64,000 nucleotides of DNA. Origin: Octopus sinensis. Its lineage: Eukaryota. Position 1 is the first letter of the stretch; every line of letters begins with the position of its first letter. The notes under the pieces are model-generated. The model was not told where the DNA came from. It searched no databases and worked only from the letters and a program-made list of their open reading frames with translations. Position numbers and translations under genes: made by a program. Positions 12,601 to 25,539 of the stretch are shown here, in pieces. The stretch is from assembly GCF_006345805.1 (NCBI RefSeq), contig NC_043006.1, positions 57,474,001 to 57,538,000 of the forward strand, read 5' to 3'.

Positions 12601-13778
12601 TTTGCGTCCCCATAACTTAGCGGTTCGGCAAGAGAGACCGATAGAATAAGTACTAGGCTTACAAATAATAAGTCCTGGGGTTGATTTGCTCGACTAAAGG
12701 TGGTGCTACAGCATGGCCACAGTCAAATGACTGAAACAAGTAAAAGAGTAGAGTGGCTTTGAAATTTTGGCTGAAACTTCAAATCTCTGTCAACAACATT
12801 CTTGTGTAAGAATAATAAGTTTGAACTCTTCAAAAGTATAAAGCAACTCATCAGATTAATGTAAAATTGTTTATTATTATAACTGAACATAAAAACAAGC
12901 ATTAATATATATATATTGAGGCAGAAAAGAGAAGCAAACAGTTAGGTAAGACTTGACAAAGACGTTTAATTTAGCTATATAATAAAAGGTTTAGATAGTC
13001 TCTGACAGCTGTTCTCTAGAATATATCCCGGCTACTGGAACATAGTGTCGAGTGAGAATTCCATAGGCTGAGTATTTGGTCATTGGAGAGAGATTGGTTA
13101 AACATATGTAAGAGTGGATGAAAAGGTCTTCATAAGTGATAGTTATTGTCGTTTGTTATGTCTAGAAAGGGAGGAGAAATAAAATGAAAATAGGTATTCA
13201 CTATGTAAATCCATGAACAGAGAGAATTTTTCTCTTAGGTTTACAATCCGCCCAACGCTGTATTAGGTTTACAGTTCACCCAGCTTTGTTTGTTGGGTTT
13301 ATAGTATACCCAGCTCTGTTGTCAGCGTTATTTACAGTCCACTCACTTATACTGAGAATTTTATTCTGAGTAGGTTACAGTGAGTACAGAATCAACAGAA
13401 GGCTACATCCCTTGGCAAAGAAGATTGGCCTGCAAGAGTCCAGTGCCAGTTCCATTGAAATAAAGCTCTTGTGCTAGTGGCACATTAAAAGCACCTAACA
13501 CACAGTGTAAAGTGGTTGGCGTTAGGAAGGGCATCCAGTCATAGAAACCAAGCCAAATCAGACTGGAACCTGGTGCAGCTCTCTGGCTTGCCAACTCTGG
13601 TCAAACTGTCCGACTTATGCCAGCATGGAAGACGTTAAAAGATGAGGATGGTTTATTTTTACACATACAGGAAACAACATATTTCTTTTAAGACCTTAGT
13701 GATGCTTGTAATAATTAAGCTAAACCTTTTTTTTTTTTAATCATGTGAATTCTATTCTTTTTTTCTTTCTATTTGTAG

Positions 13779-13829
13779 ACAATCAGATATATGGCATGAA
13801 TGCTTCAGCAGATATTATGTTCCTACTAA
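13779..13829 (+). CDS. Probable internal exon of the Scm3/HJURP-like gene (K-QSDIWHECFSRYYVPT)
   Basis: Polypyrimidine tract plus TTTGTAG acceptor and AA|GTAAGT donor. 51 nt, phase 2 in and out, open frame continuing exon 1. Confidence 0.55.
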
Positions 13830-14921
13830 GTAAGTTTTTAACCCTTAAATTTATTGGTTTGAAATTTTGGCACTGCCAGCAGTTTTAGGGGAGGGGTAAG
13901 TTGGTTACATCAACTCTAATATTCAACTGTTACTTACTGAAGAGATGAAAGGCTAAGTTGACCTTGGCAGAATTTGAACGTGAAGATGGATGAAATGACA
14001 CTAAGTATTTTGTCTGGCATGCTAACGATTCTTATTTCTTTATTGCCCACAAGGGGCTAAACATAGAGGGGACAAACAAGGACAGACAAAGGGATTAAGT
14101 CGATTACATCAACCCCAGTGCGTAACTGGTACTTAATTTATCGACCCTGAAAGGATGAAAGGCAAAGTCGACCTCGGCGGAATTTGAGCTCAAATGTAGT
14201 GGCAGACGAAATACCTATTTCTTTAGTACCCACAAGGGGCTAAACACAGAGAGGACAAACAAGGACAGACAAACGGATTAAGTCGATTATATCGACACCA
14301 GTGCGTAACTGGAGGATGAAAGGCAAAGTCAACTTTGGTGGAGTTTGAACTCAGAATGTAACGGCAGACAAAATACCTCTTAGCATTTCGCCCAGCGTGC
14401 TAACGATTCTGCCTGCTCGCTGCCCCATATATATATATATATATGATGCCTATGGATAAAATGTCACTAAGCATTTTGTCTGGTGTGCTAACGATTCTGC
14501 CAGTTCATCACCTTACAAAAATATTTATTTATTTTCAAGAAATGCTATAATTCTAAAATTGTTAGCAAAATTAGTTTAAACATTTGTAATTGAATATTAT
14601 CTTCATCGTTTTAACATCCACTCTTCTTTGTTTGCATGGGTCAGATGGAGTTTACTGAGGCAGATTTTCTACACCCAGATCCCTTTCTTGTTGCCAATCC
14701 TTACCCATTCCTCAACAAGGTAGTATTTCTTTATGAAATAACTAAGGAGATAGTAAGAAATTCACATTGAAATTACAGTTGATTTATGGTGGAAAAAAAC
14801 TCTCATGTAACAAAAACAAAATGATAAAACTGTAAGATATCAATATTTAGGACATTGAGAAATATTAATATAATTAAAGTTTTATAATTGTTTGCTTTAA
14901 TTTCCTATATTTTACCCATAG

Positions 14922-14999
14922 GTCTATGCTAAATATAAATCAAAGAACCACAAAAGCTCTTTTAAAATGGCAGAAGCATTTTGCTCACATGTTTCCAAG
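14922..14999 (+). CDS. Probable internal exon of the Scm3/HJURP-like gene (K-SMLNINQRTTKALLKWQKHFAHMFP)
   Basis: TTTTACCCATAG acceptor and AG|GTAAGG donor. 78 nt, phase 2 in and out, open frame. Confidence 0.55.
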
Positions 15000-15461
15000 G
15001 TAAGGTTTTTAATTTTGTTTCAATCTAAGTTACATTAATTATACACACACATGCTCCCCACACACATACATACACACACACACACACATATATATATATA
15101 TGAAGGTGCATGGCTCAGAACTTATGATTGTGAGGTTGTGAGATTGAATCCCGGACCGGGTTGCTTGTTGTGTTCTTGAGCAAGACACTTTATTTCACGT
15201 TGCTTCAGTTCACTCAGCTGCAGAAATGAGTTGCGACATCATAGGTGCCAAGCTGTATCGGCCGTTGCCTTTCCCTTGGATAACATCGGTGGCATGGAGT
15301 ATGCATGGGTGACTGCTGGTCTTCCATAAACAACCTTGCCCGGACTTGTACCTGGGAGGGTAACTTTCTAGGTGCAATCCCATGGTCAGTCATGAATGAA
15401 GGGGGTCTCAGCAGCTCAGCAGCATATATATATATATATAGATATATATATACTCATATAC

Positions 15462-15496
<35 letters not shown>

Positions 15497-15627
15497 TATA
15501 TATCACCGTGATCACCGTAACCGACCAGGCTATCAGATGTTGCTACACATCGCTGGTCACAATGCGCTTCGCATTGTATTAGCCTTCAAATGACACCACC
15601 CCACTGGCTAAGCGAGCAGGCCAACAT

Positions 15628-15660
<33 letters not shown>

Positions 15661-15677
15661 CACACACATATATCTGT

Positions 15678-16547
15678 GCATGGTCTGATCAATAAGTATC
15701 CAGACTGTTGCCATAGTAATGAAGCTAAAGCATGAAGAGTGAAGCAGCTTGGCACGGATTGACATTGAACTCTGCTGTGCATGCACACTAAGTTTTAAAG
15801 CTCTAGCTCTTTTCCACTGTTTAGAAGGAGGGTGTGTAGCGTGTGATCATCGCATTGACCATGACACCGAAGGTAGAGCAAAGAATCTGCATCAAATTTT
15901 GCCGAAAGCTTTGCGATACCTGCTCAGAGGTCTACGCAAAGTTTTCAAAAAGTTTCCATCATTCTCGACAAAATCAAAGAGATCTTGTGCAACTGAAACC
16001 TGAGTGTCTTTTTCATCAGCTGAAAGCAGTTTTGGAACAAACTCGGCCAACATGCATCTCATACCCAAATCTTCAGTGATAATGGACTGAACTGAACCAT
16101 AACTAACCTCCACTCCTCTCATAACTCATGTATGGTGATTTGACGATTTCCCCTCAAAGCTGCATGTACGTCTGCGATGTTTTTCTCAGTTCTGCTAGTT
16201 GCGAGTCTCCCAGAAAGTTAGTTGATTTTAACATTTTTTTGGCTATCTTGGAAACGTCTGAACCACTCATACATTTGTGTGTGGCTCATACACTTTCTGC
16301 AACTTTGCATAGGCCTCTGAGCAAGTGTTGCCATGACCACTTTCTCTGTCATGGTCAATGCAGCAATCACACACTACACACCTTCCTTCCAAGCATGGCT
16401 GTAAACAATGGAAGTAAGCTAGAATGTTAAAACTTAGTGCATATGCACAGCAGAGTTCAAAGTCAATCTTTGCCTAGCAGTTTCGCTCTGCATGCTTTAG
16501 CTTTGTTACTATAGCAACAGACCGGATACTTATTGATCAGACCTTAT
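15678..16547. mobile_element. Palindromic mariner derivative built from two inverted 5' ends
   Basis: TIR GGTCTGATCAATAAGTATCC. Mariner N-terminus EQRICIKFC on +; N-terminus plus LGMR...FVPKLL on the - strand. Confidence 0.8.
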
Positions 16548-16600
16548 ATATGTATGTGTATATATATATATATGTATACATACATATATATATATATATA

Positions 16601-17060
16601 TCTTATTATAAAAGGCAGATTTTATCTGCCTCCCTTTGTCACTTATAGAAATCTACAATATAGGATTTCTTCAATTACAATTTACCTAGCATTTTTAAGA
16701 GTAGAATGCATCGGGTCATGCCAGGTCCAGTTTTTAAAATTTAAACTCCAATTAAGCAAAACTTACAGAAAACTCACATTCTGGTGTGTATGTCAAATGC
16801 TTTTCTTAGTCTGGTTTACAGCACACGCAAACGCACACACACAGTGTGCAACGAATAAAGTGAAACTAATTCACTGTGTGTTGACAGGTAGAAAATAGAA
16901 TGCGATGGCGATGGCGATGTAATATTTGTTTCTGTTTATGACGCTGATAGATACATGAGTAAAATGTATGGGAAGCTGAGAGATAAGAGTGAGTGAAAAT
17001 GTCCTTGGAAGAGAGTAAATAGCGAGAGTGATTTGAGGAAGACTTTACATTAAATAACCG
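16601..17060 (+). mobile_element. Possible Helitron/Helentron 5' fragment
   Basis: TC start after (AT)n and subterminal inverted repeat AGGCAGAT/ATCTGCCT. No 3' end found. Confidence 0.35.
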
Positions 17061-17084
17061 TAGTGGCTTGTATATATATATATA

Positions 17085-17360
17085 TATACATACATAAGAC
17101 AGTAAGGTGTGATTTGAGGGAGATTTGGCTGCTATTTCTACCATGTCTAGCTGCCATGTAGGGGTCTCCCTCATAGGCTCATACATACATATATACATAG
17201 ATAAGACAGTAAGGTGTGATTTGGGGGAAATTTGGCTGCTATTTCTACCAGGTCTAGCTACCATGTAGAGGTCCCCCTCATTGGCTCATATATATATACA
17301 TACATAAGACAGTAAGGTGTGATTTGAGGGAGATTTGGCTGCTGTTTCTACCAGGTCTGT
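17085..17360. repeat. ~110-bp tandem repeat, about 2.6 copies
   Basis: ATAAGACAGTAAGGTGTGATTTG...GGCTGCTATTTCTACC recurs three times. Confidence 0.8.
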
Positions 17361-18048
17361 TAGGCCTTCTCATGTAAACTCAAGCTTTCTCATGCCTTGA
17401 ACATAAGACCAAAGCAGAGAATGTATTCTTTTATTCTTCTGCTTTTTCCAGCCATTGGTCTGTGGCCATGCTGGGGCAATGCCTTGAAGAATTGTAGTTT
17501 AATGAATCAACTCCAGTTTTATTTTTGTAAGCATTGTACTTATTCTATCTGTTTCCTTTGTCAAACCACTAGGTGACAGGGATGTAAACAAACCAACATT
17601 CGTTGTCAAGCAGTGGTGGAGGACAATCACAAGCACAGACACGCACACACACACACATACATGCATACACATATACACACTTACATACATACATACATAT
17701 ATATATATATATATGTGTGTATATATATATTGCAGCGTGGAAAGTGTTTGTAAGCCATTTAAGAAACACACAAAAACCGTTAGATTCACTTCAACATTTA
17801 AATTTAATTTGCCAAAATATTTTCCTCGCTTTGAGACCGCGACATGTTCACTGACAAAAATATCGTGCTAACAGGTCGCGGTCTCAAAGCGACGAAAATA
17901 TTTTGACAAATTAAATTTAAATGTTGAAGTGAATCTAACGGTGTTTCTTAAATGGCTTATAAACACCTTCAACGCTGCAACTGTTTTCGTTCCAGCACAC
18001 GATCTCAGATCAAGTCACTTGCTATGCAAGTACATCTCTGTAACTATA

Positions 18049-18096
<48 letters not shown>

Positions 18097-18159
18097 TGGT
18101 AAAAACAGTAAGATAAAAAAAGAAAGAAAGAGACCTCAATATTATGTAAATAGAGGAAA

Positions 18160-18553
18160 TCTTTATATATAAAAGTGAGGTTGTGTGTCTGTCTCCTACG
18201 ATTTAGATTCCTAACTACTCCCACATTTTGCGGTGCAGTTTAACCAAAACCAGGTATCTTATAGTCGTGATTCATATCGAGACCGTCTGGGTATTAGCGT
18301 GCGTCTACGATGAGTCTACGATTTAAAAAAAATTTACCATCAATTTTTCCCATTTTTAATCCATTTTTGACATATATAAGGGAAGTAACTCTCTAAAATT
18401 TATTATTAAATCTCAGAACGTAAAAAGCTACAGTAACACCCCTCCCCCTTTGTGGTTAGCCATATTGAGATGGCTATTATACTTTACATCTCTAAAAATG
18501 CTTATATAATTATTTCCCTTACAAACCCGAGCAACGCCGGGCGATACTGCTAG
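18160..18553 (+). mobile_element. Short non-autonomous Helitron
   Basis: A|TC start, CCCG-AGCAACGC-CGGG hairpin, CTAG|T end. Same termini as the copy at 37142. Confidence 0.75.
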
Positions 18554-18554
18554 T

Positions 18555-18807
18555 ATATATATATATGTATACATACATATATATAATATATAATATATAT
18601 ATATATATTATATATATATATATATTATATATATATATATGTATACATACATATATATATATATATATTATATATGTATACATACATATATATAATATAT
18701 ATATAATGTATACATACATATATATTATATATATATGTATACATACATATATATATATATATATATATGTATACATACATATATATATATATATATGTTA
18801 TATATGT

Positions 18808-18839
<32 letters not shown>

Positions 18840-18869
18840 GTATACATACATATATATATATATATATGT

Positions 18870-18958
<89 letters not shown>
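18555..18958. repeat. Compound (AT)n / GTATACATAC minisatellite
   Basis: Directly visible. Confidence 0.9.
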
Positions 18959-18959
<1 letters not shown>

Positions 18960-20268
18960 GTGTGTGTATTTATTTATTCCCTTATTCTGTGTCCTCTAAT
19001 AAGTTCATTAATATAAACATAGGAATAGTTTCTGCTATTCACTCCCAGCCATAACCTGGTTGGTAGGGTTGTCTTTCACTGTGCTCTAAGTGTTAAATTT
19101 TCCCTTTATTATTCATCTGAAGAAAACGTTTTTTTGCATAACGTAACACTTTTGTTCATCAATAAAGAACACGTCTGAAACAGCTGTAGTGAACCTAAAC
19201 CCATCTGTGTTATTGTTTTTATATATATATATATACAAAATAAGATAGGGGTTATGGGTGTAACCCACTATGGGATAGCATTTATCCAATATACTGTTTG
19301 TACAGTACCCAGATTCTTAATACATGAATGTTTTTAATTGCAATTCAATTAACTCATTTATTGTATTAAACGGGTGAAGGTAAAGAAATATTTTTACCTT
19401 AAATCTATAATACAAATAAGAAAATGGAGAAACAAATTTAGTTTGTTCATCAACTTTCGGATATTAGAATGTTAGATTATTTATTCATTTAACAAAATGA
19501 GAACATCAAAGATATAAGACAAGAATACAAATTATAAAAGTCATAATATAAACTAAAGAAATCATTAAAAACACTTCTTACAGCTGTTTCAGCCTATGGC
19601 TAAAAGTAGATAATTTTATTTTCATTGCCTATAGGTGTCAACATACTGAGGTTGTAGGCATTTAAAAATAGGGTACTTATATATATAACCATAGACCTCG
19701 TCAGAGGTTATAAGGAACTTTAAAAATATTAATATTAATACATTAAACATGATACATGTATTATTTAATATATATAAAAAAATAAACAAATATCCATATA
19801 GACATATACATATATACACACATATACATACATAAGCAAAGTGTATATACTATATACATGCGTAAAATACATAAATAAACATAATTAAACAATAGGTTCA
19901 AGTAGATATACCATACGTCATATACATATATAAATACATTGGAACATATAAACACGTCTATGCTAATGGACAGATAAATAAAAATTAATTATTCATAATA
20001 ATAATATTATTATTATGATTATGATTATTATTATGTTTATCAATAATAACAATATTATAACACATCTATGCTTATGACCAGATAAATAACAATCAATTAT
20101 TATTAATAAAAATACTGTTATTAATATCAATATTTATATTATTATTATTATTGTAATTATGTTAATCAACAATAACAATATAATTATATTTATAGTAATC
20201 TTCACTATACCATACATATTATGATATATTCTAACATAGAAAATTACGATACAAGAATAAATATATAC

Positions 20269-20313
<45 letters not shown>

Positions 20314-20533
20314 CATCATCATCATCATCATTGTTTAACGTCCGTTCTCCATGCTAGCAATGGAGGAATAGATTTCTTTCAATCATCAACTACCAGATAA
20401 TACAAATTCATATAATTTATTAACTAATTATTTAGATTAAATAGGAACATCCAAATCCAACAGAATAATACAGAATAAAACAATTTACATCAATAAGTAA
20501 AATAATACCATAAGAATAATACATATAAAATGG

Positions 20534-20659
20534 ATCTTACAGCTGTTTCAGCCTGTAGATAATAGTATCTCATTATGCTCATATTAGTCAGATGTATTGA
20601 GGTAATATGTAATTAAAAATGAGTTACTTATATATATATCTCAAGGCCTCGTCAGAGAT
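20534..20659 (-). ncRNA. Minimal type-I hammerhead ribozyme motif (Penelope pLTR type)
   Basis: Minus strand ATCT-CTGACGA-GGCCT..AGGCT-GAAA-CAGCTG-TA-AGAT: intact core, 4-bp stem I, 5-bp stem II, palindromic stem III, GUA site. Confidence 0.6.
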
Positions 20660-21019
20660 TATAAAGATATAAAATGCAAATATGAATATTAAAGAAGGTA
20701 CACATATACAAGAATAAGCATATATACATATAAGTGTATATACACCTACATATACATATATATAAGTATATACATAATAATATACATACACATAAGGTTA
20801 CAGTTAATCAAATCTATATACTGGAATATAGTGGGTTACACTCATAACCCCTATCTCACTTTATATATATATATATATATATATTCATACATATATATGT
20901 ATACAAATATACATACATATAACATACAGTTAGAATATGGTTATCATTGCATACATTCTCATAATACAAACAAATTCAATTTTTCCGTCCAAGCTGAAGT
21001 TAAGCCACAATATTTATGC

Positions 21020-21210
21020 TTTATTTTATAAAATTCCTATTTAAGGTATATAAATAATTCTAGTAATCACCCTCCACAAATTAAAAAACCACTACTACTT
21101 AGCATAAGTAAAAGAATTTCTAACTTATCTTCGAATGAAGAGATATTTAATAGACATGGTGAAAAATATAACTCAGCATTACATAGGGCAGGATATAGTG
21201 GTAAAATATC
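21020..21210 (+). mobile_element. Penelope-like element fragment (region C-terminal to the RT core)
   Basis: Translates as SNHPPQIKK..SISKRISNLSSNEEIFNRH.EKYNSALHRAGY, matching the Penelope SNHPP motif region. Confidence 0.7.
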
Positions 21211-22313
21211 AGGTCCAAATATTCTACATTTCTTATGTTTAAACTGGCCAGATTTGGCCTTTTTTACCTACCCTACAATGTCATTTAAAAAAATAAATAA
21301 TCACATCATTGAAATCTCAAAGCTATGAGATAATGCATGATTAATAGCAAACAATGTGAATAAACAAATGTTATATTTGACTGAGTAATATAAATACTAA
21401 ACGGTTGATTGTTTATTTACTTTTGAGTTCGTCAAGATGGGTTTGGGGTCAGTGCCTACAGGAAAATATGCAAAGAAGACATTGCAAATATAGCCATTTA
21501 CCAACCAGTCAACTGCCTGTGCATAGACATAAGCAGTTAGCCACTGTGGGCTCTACTGGAGCCCTGCAGGAGGCCATCAGTTGACAAGAGTTTCAAAGCA
21601 TCCACTAACTTTGAAATGGAAACCTTGTCCCTGGATGCAGTTTTAGCAATGCATGTGCAGTTGCTGGTAAATAGTACTTTTCTGATCTTAATTTTTTTTC
21701 TCTTTTCAGGTCTTCTTCTCTATAAGGAGTCACAGAATGCAGCAGACTTATTTTCCAAAATCTAATTAATCATCAGTAATTTATGAGGAAAGAAGCACCA
21801 GTTGATTTAGTTGACACAATGCCAAGATAGATGGAAACTTATTTGTTCCTTCTTTGAAAAACTGTTGTCTTTTCTCTCTTTTTAACCATTCTGCCTTCAT
21901 TCTCTATGTTTGGAGTATGAGAAAATCTAATAACGTTGAACCATTGCTATTGGTCTTTGGTCTGCTTTTAAATTATTTTCTCTTGGCTGTCTTGGAATGA
22001 ATTAGCCTTCAAAATTTATATTTTGTATGGTACTCTGAAATGGCCAAAGCAAAATTTTAGAAACAATGTGAAGTTTTATTTGTGTTGCTCACTTCTTTTT
22101 ATGTCTAACATTGTGACTTTTATATGGTTGTCTGAAATATCAAGTATTGAAGCATCTGAGAGTGATTCGGTCTACTTTTACTCATGCTAAATATTCCTAC
22201 TGCACATATGGAAGAAATGTTACTGTTAGCATTAATTGACTAACTTCGAGAAATTTCATTCAAATCATTTATTTTAACCTCCTTTTGTAATTAATTTTAA
22301 AAACAGAGAAATA

Positions 22314-22622
22314 TAGAGTCTGATCAATAAGTATCCAGACTGTTGCTATAGTAACAAAACTAAAGCACAGAGAGTGAAGCCACTTGGCACAAATTGACCT
22401 TGAACTCTGTTGTGTATGCGCACTAAGTTTTAACATTCTTGCTCACTTCCACTGTTTACAGCAGTGCTTGGAAGAAAGGTGTGTAGTGTGAGCTAGAATG
22501 TTAAAACTTAGTGCACATGCACAGCAGAGTTCAAGGTTTATCTGTGCCAAGCGGTTTCACTCTGCATGCTTTAGCTTCGTTACTATGGCAACAGTCCCAA
22601 TACTTATTGATCAGACATTGTA
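22314..22622. mobile_element. Short mariner MITE, same family as 15678-16547
   Basis: Same TIR and ~130-bp arms; palindromic. Confidence 0.75.
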
Positions 22623-25112
22623 AATTTGCTATAGATGGTAGGATGCTGATCTAAAGACCATGTGTGAATCAAGTCTCACAGAATTCCTTGTCTTTTAATT
22701 GAATCCCTTTACCTTCTGAGATTGGACTCTACCAAGGTCAGCTTTGCTTTTCATTCTTCCGATGTTGATATAATCCATTATAACTCCCATTCTCACTCAC
22801 CAAAAGTGTTCTTTTTTACATTTTAATTAACATGTACATTTAGTCCATACGCAACTTTCATCAATATTTGCACCCTGTATCATGTTCAAAACAAGTCAAT
22901 ATTTATAAATTGAATTATTTTAATTGTATAATTTCTCTGACAAATTTTTCTTGCTGAGTTTTATTTATTATAAATATTACCCCAATTTAAATTTTAAACT
23001 TTGTTACAATATGTTTTTTTAATTTATTGTTTTATTCTCTTTTTTATTAATTTTGTGGCTGTGTGGTAAGTAGCTTGCTTACCAACCACATGGTTCTGGG
23101 TTCAGTCCCACTGTGTGGCATCTTGGGCAAGTGTCTTCTACTATAGCCTCAGGCGGACCAAAGACTTGTGAGTGGATTTGGTAGGCGGAAACTGAAAGAA
23201 ACCCGTCGTATATATGTATATATATGTGTGTGTGTTTGTGTGTCTGTGTTTACGTCCCCGTAACTTAGCGGTTCAGCAAAAGAAACTGACAGAATAAGTA
23301 CTAGGCTTACAAAGAATAAGTCCCGGGGTCGATTTGCTCAACTAAAGGCAGTGCTCCAGCATGGCCACAGTCAAATGACTGAAACAAGTAAAAGAGTAAA
23401 GAGTATTAGCAATGCTTTTAAATTCATATATGTAGGAAATGTAAAGGACTTTGGTTCAAGCATTTTAATTTCTTTATATATACATTACTAACAAAAGGTC
23501 TTAAGACTGTCATGCAGGATTTAGATCATAAAATTCCAAAATAACAACCATATACTTTTTCAATATGCTATTTAGCTGCACAGCACTAAAAGAATCAGAA
23601 ATTTAATTCCTCAAAGTGACCTTTCAGTGAAATGGCTACTGACATTTAGTAGTTACAATTTCCTTGTTGAGTGTGGCAGAACCTGAAAATAATCTGACAG
23701 TTTGCTGTTGCAGTGCATGTTGCATACAAATGGCACAGATACCACTGAAGCACTTATTTTAACTTTTGGCGTGGGACAGGCCGGAAGTAGAACTGTTGAA
23801 TATGCAGAAAAAGGAATAGATGAGAATTCCAAACAGTATCTAATGTAAATTAGGGTATAAAAGCACAATTCTTTGTTAACTGAATCCTTTTGTCTTATGG
23901 ATTTAACATCTCTGTTAGAAAGGATGCTGAAGCTGCAAAAAAATTTGCTTTGGAACCTTTTTGGCTGAATCCCATAAAAAAATTCTATCACTATTTTTAG
24001 GTGCAGACTTTGCTTCAGAAACATGATCTTGGGTTCAATCTCACTGTGTGGCTCTTTGGGTCTTCTATAGTCCTAAGCCGATGAAAGCCTTGTGAATGGA
24101 TATGGTAGATGGACTGAAAGAAGCCCATGGTATACATACATACATATATATATATATATATCACTTGGCTTAGTGGTTAGGGTGTCAGCATCATGATCAT
24201 AAGATTGTGGTTTCGATTCCTGGACCGGGCATCGCGTTGTGTTCTTGAGCAAAACACTTCATTTCACGTTGCTCAGCTGACAAAAATGAGTAACACTGTG
24301 ATGGACTGGCGTCCCATCCAGCCGGGGAACACATACACCATTGAAACTGGGAAACTGGGCCCATGAGCCTGGCTAGGCTTCAAAAGGGCGCATAAATAAT
24401 AATAATAATAATAATATATATACACACACACACACACACACACGTGTTTGTCTCCCATCAAAGATTGACGACTTGTGTTGCTTTGTTCATGTTTCCATGA
24501 CTTCACAGTTTGTTGAAGGCAACTGACAGAATAAGTACCATGATTTAAGAGAGTAAGTGTCCTGCAGTCATTTATTTGACTAAAACACATCAAGGCAGTG
24601 CCCCAGCATGGCCACAGTCCAATGACTGAAATGAGTAAAAGATAAAATGTGTATTTTGATAATTGTTTTTGTTGTCCTGCATGTACTTGTTTGTTCGAGA
24701 CTGCTTCCTAACAAAACAATATGGATGTGATATGATCTGTTTGAATCTGTGTAGTCTTCCTGTAGGCATGTAAGCATGTAAATTGAAGCACAAGTCAGCT
24801 GGGGAAAAAAATATGCAGACAGGAACACTTACAGCATCATCTGGTGTGCAAAGAAATTTTGATTCAAACATCCAGTTACAGGTGTCACCTTATTAAATTT
24901 TATTTTTTCTTTTATTTACTATATAAACCTTGCTCGGGTTTGTTTCGACCCTTTAGAATCGGAATTTTTGAAAAGTAAAAATTTTGCATTATGTAGCTTG
25001 TTATTCTCTTTAAGTGAACATTTTTCTGGTTGAAATACACCGAAAAAGGCGACACAGAAATCAAAATATCGTTAAAAAAATAGGGATTTTTATAGAAAAA
25101 AAAGCGTAGGAT

Positions 25113-25510
25113 TGGCTGTGTGGTAAGTAGCTTGCTAACCAACCACATGGTTCCGGGTTCAGTCCCACTGCGTGGCATCTTGGGCAAGTGTCTTCTGCTA
25201 TAGCCCCGGGCCGACCAATGCCTTGTGAGTGGATTTGGTAGACGGAAACTGAAAGAAGCCTGTTGTATATATGTATATATATATATGTGTTTGTGTGTCT
25301 GTGTTTGTCCCCCTAGCATTGCCTAACAACTGATGCTAGCGTGTTTACGTCCCTGTCACTTAGCGGTTCGGCAAAAGAGACCGATAGAATAAGTACTGGG
25401 CTTACAAAGAATAAGTTCCGGGGTCGAGTTGCTCGACTAAAGGCGGTGCTCCAGCATGGCCGCAGTCAAATGACTGAAACAACTAAAAGAGTAAAAAGAG
25501 AGTAAAAGAG
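25113..25510 (+). mobile_element. tRNA-headed SINE family B with CORE-like segment; further copies 12372-12750, 23055-23405, 42622-43082 (+), 33720-33870 and 62680-63050 (-)
   Basis: GGCTGTGTGGTAAG A box, GGTTCAGTCCC B box, CACCTTGGGCAAG CORE-like motif, (GTAAAAGA)n tail; repeated in the window. Confidence 0.75.
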
Positions 25511-25539
25511 TTTTTGATGTAAATAATTTTTGGTCTTAA

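Noticed and set aside
17085-17360. Regularly spaced repeats superficially like a CRISPR array
   Set aside because: Eukaryotic context; whole ~110-bp units are duplicated with no unique spacers, and there are no cas genes.
18519-19054. Many ORF-track proteins rich in YI/IY, HT/TH, CV, LSIY or poly-I/N/L/Y (also 866-1492, 42094-42303, 50942-52059, 61635-61924)
   Set aside because: These are translations of (AT)n, (AC)n, (ATCT)n and (AAT)n microsatellites, not genes.
23653-24024. 123-aa minus-strand ORF in non-microsatellite sequence
   Set aside because: No recognisable domain, splice signals or compositional support; left uncalled.
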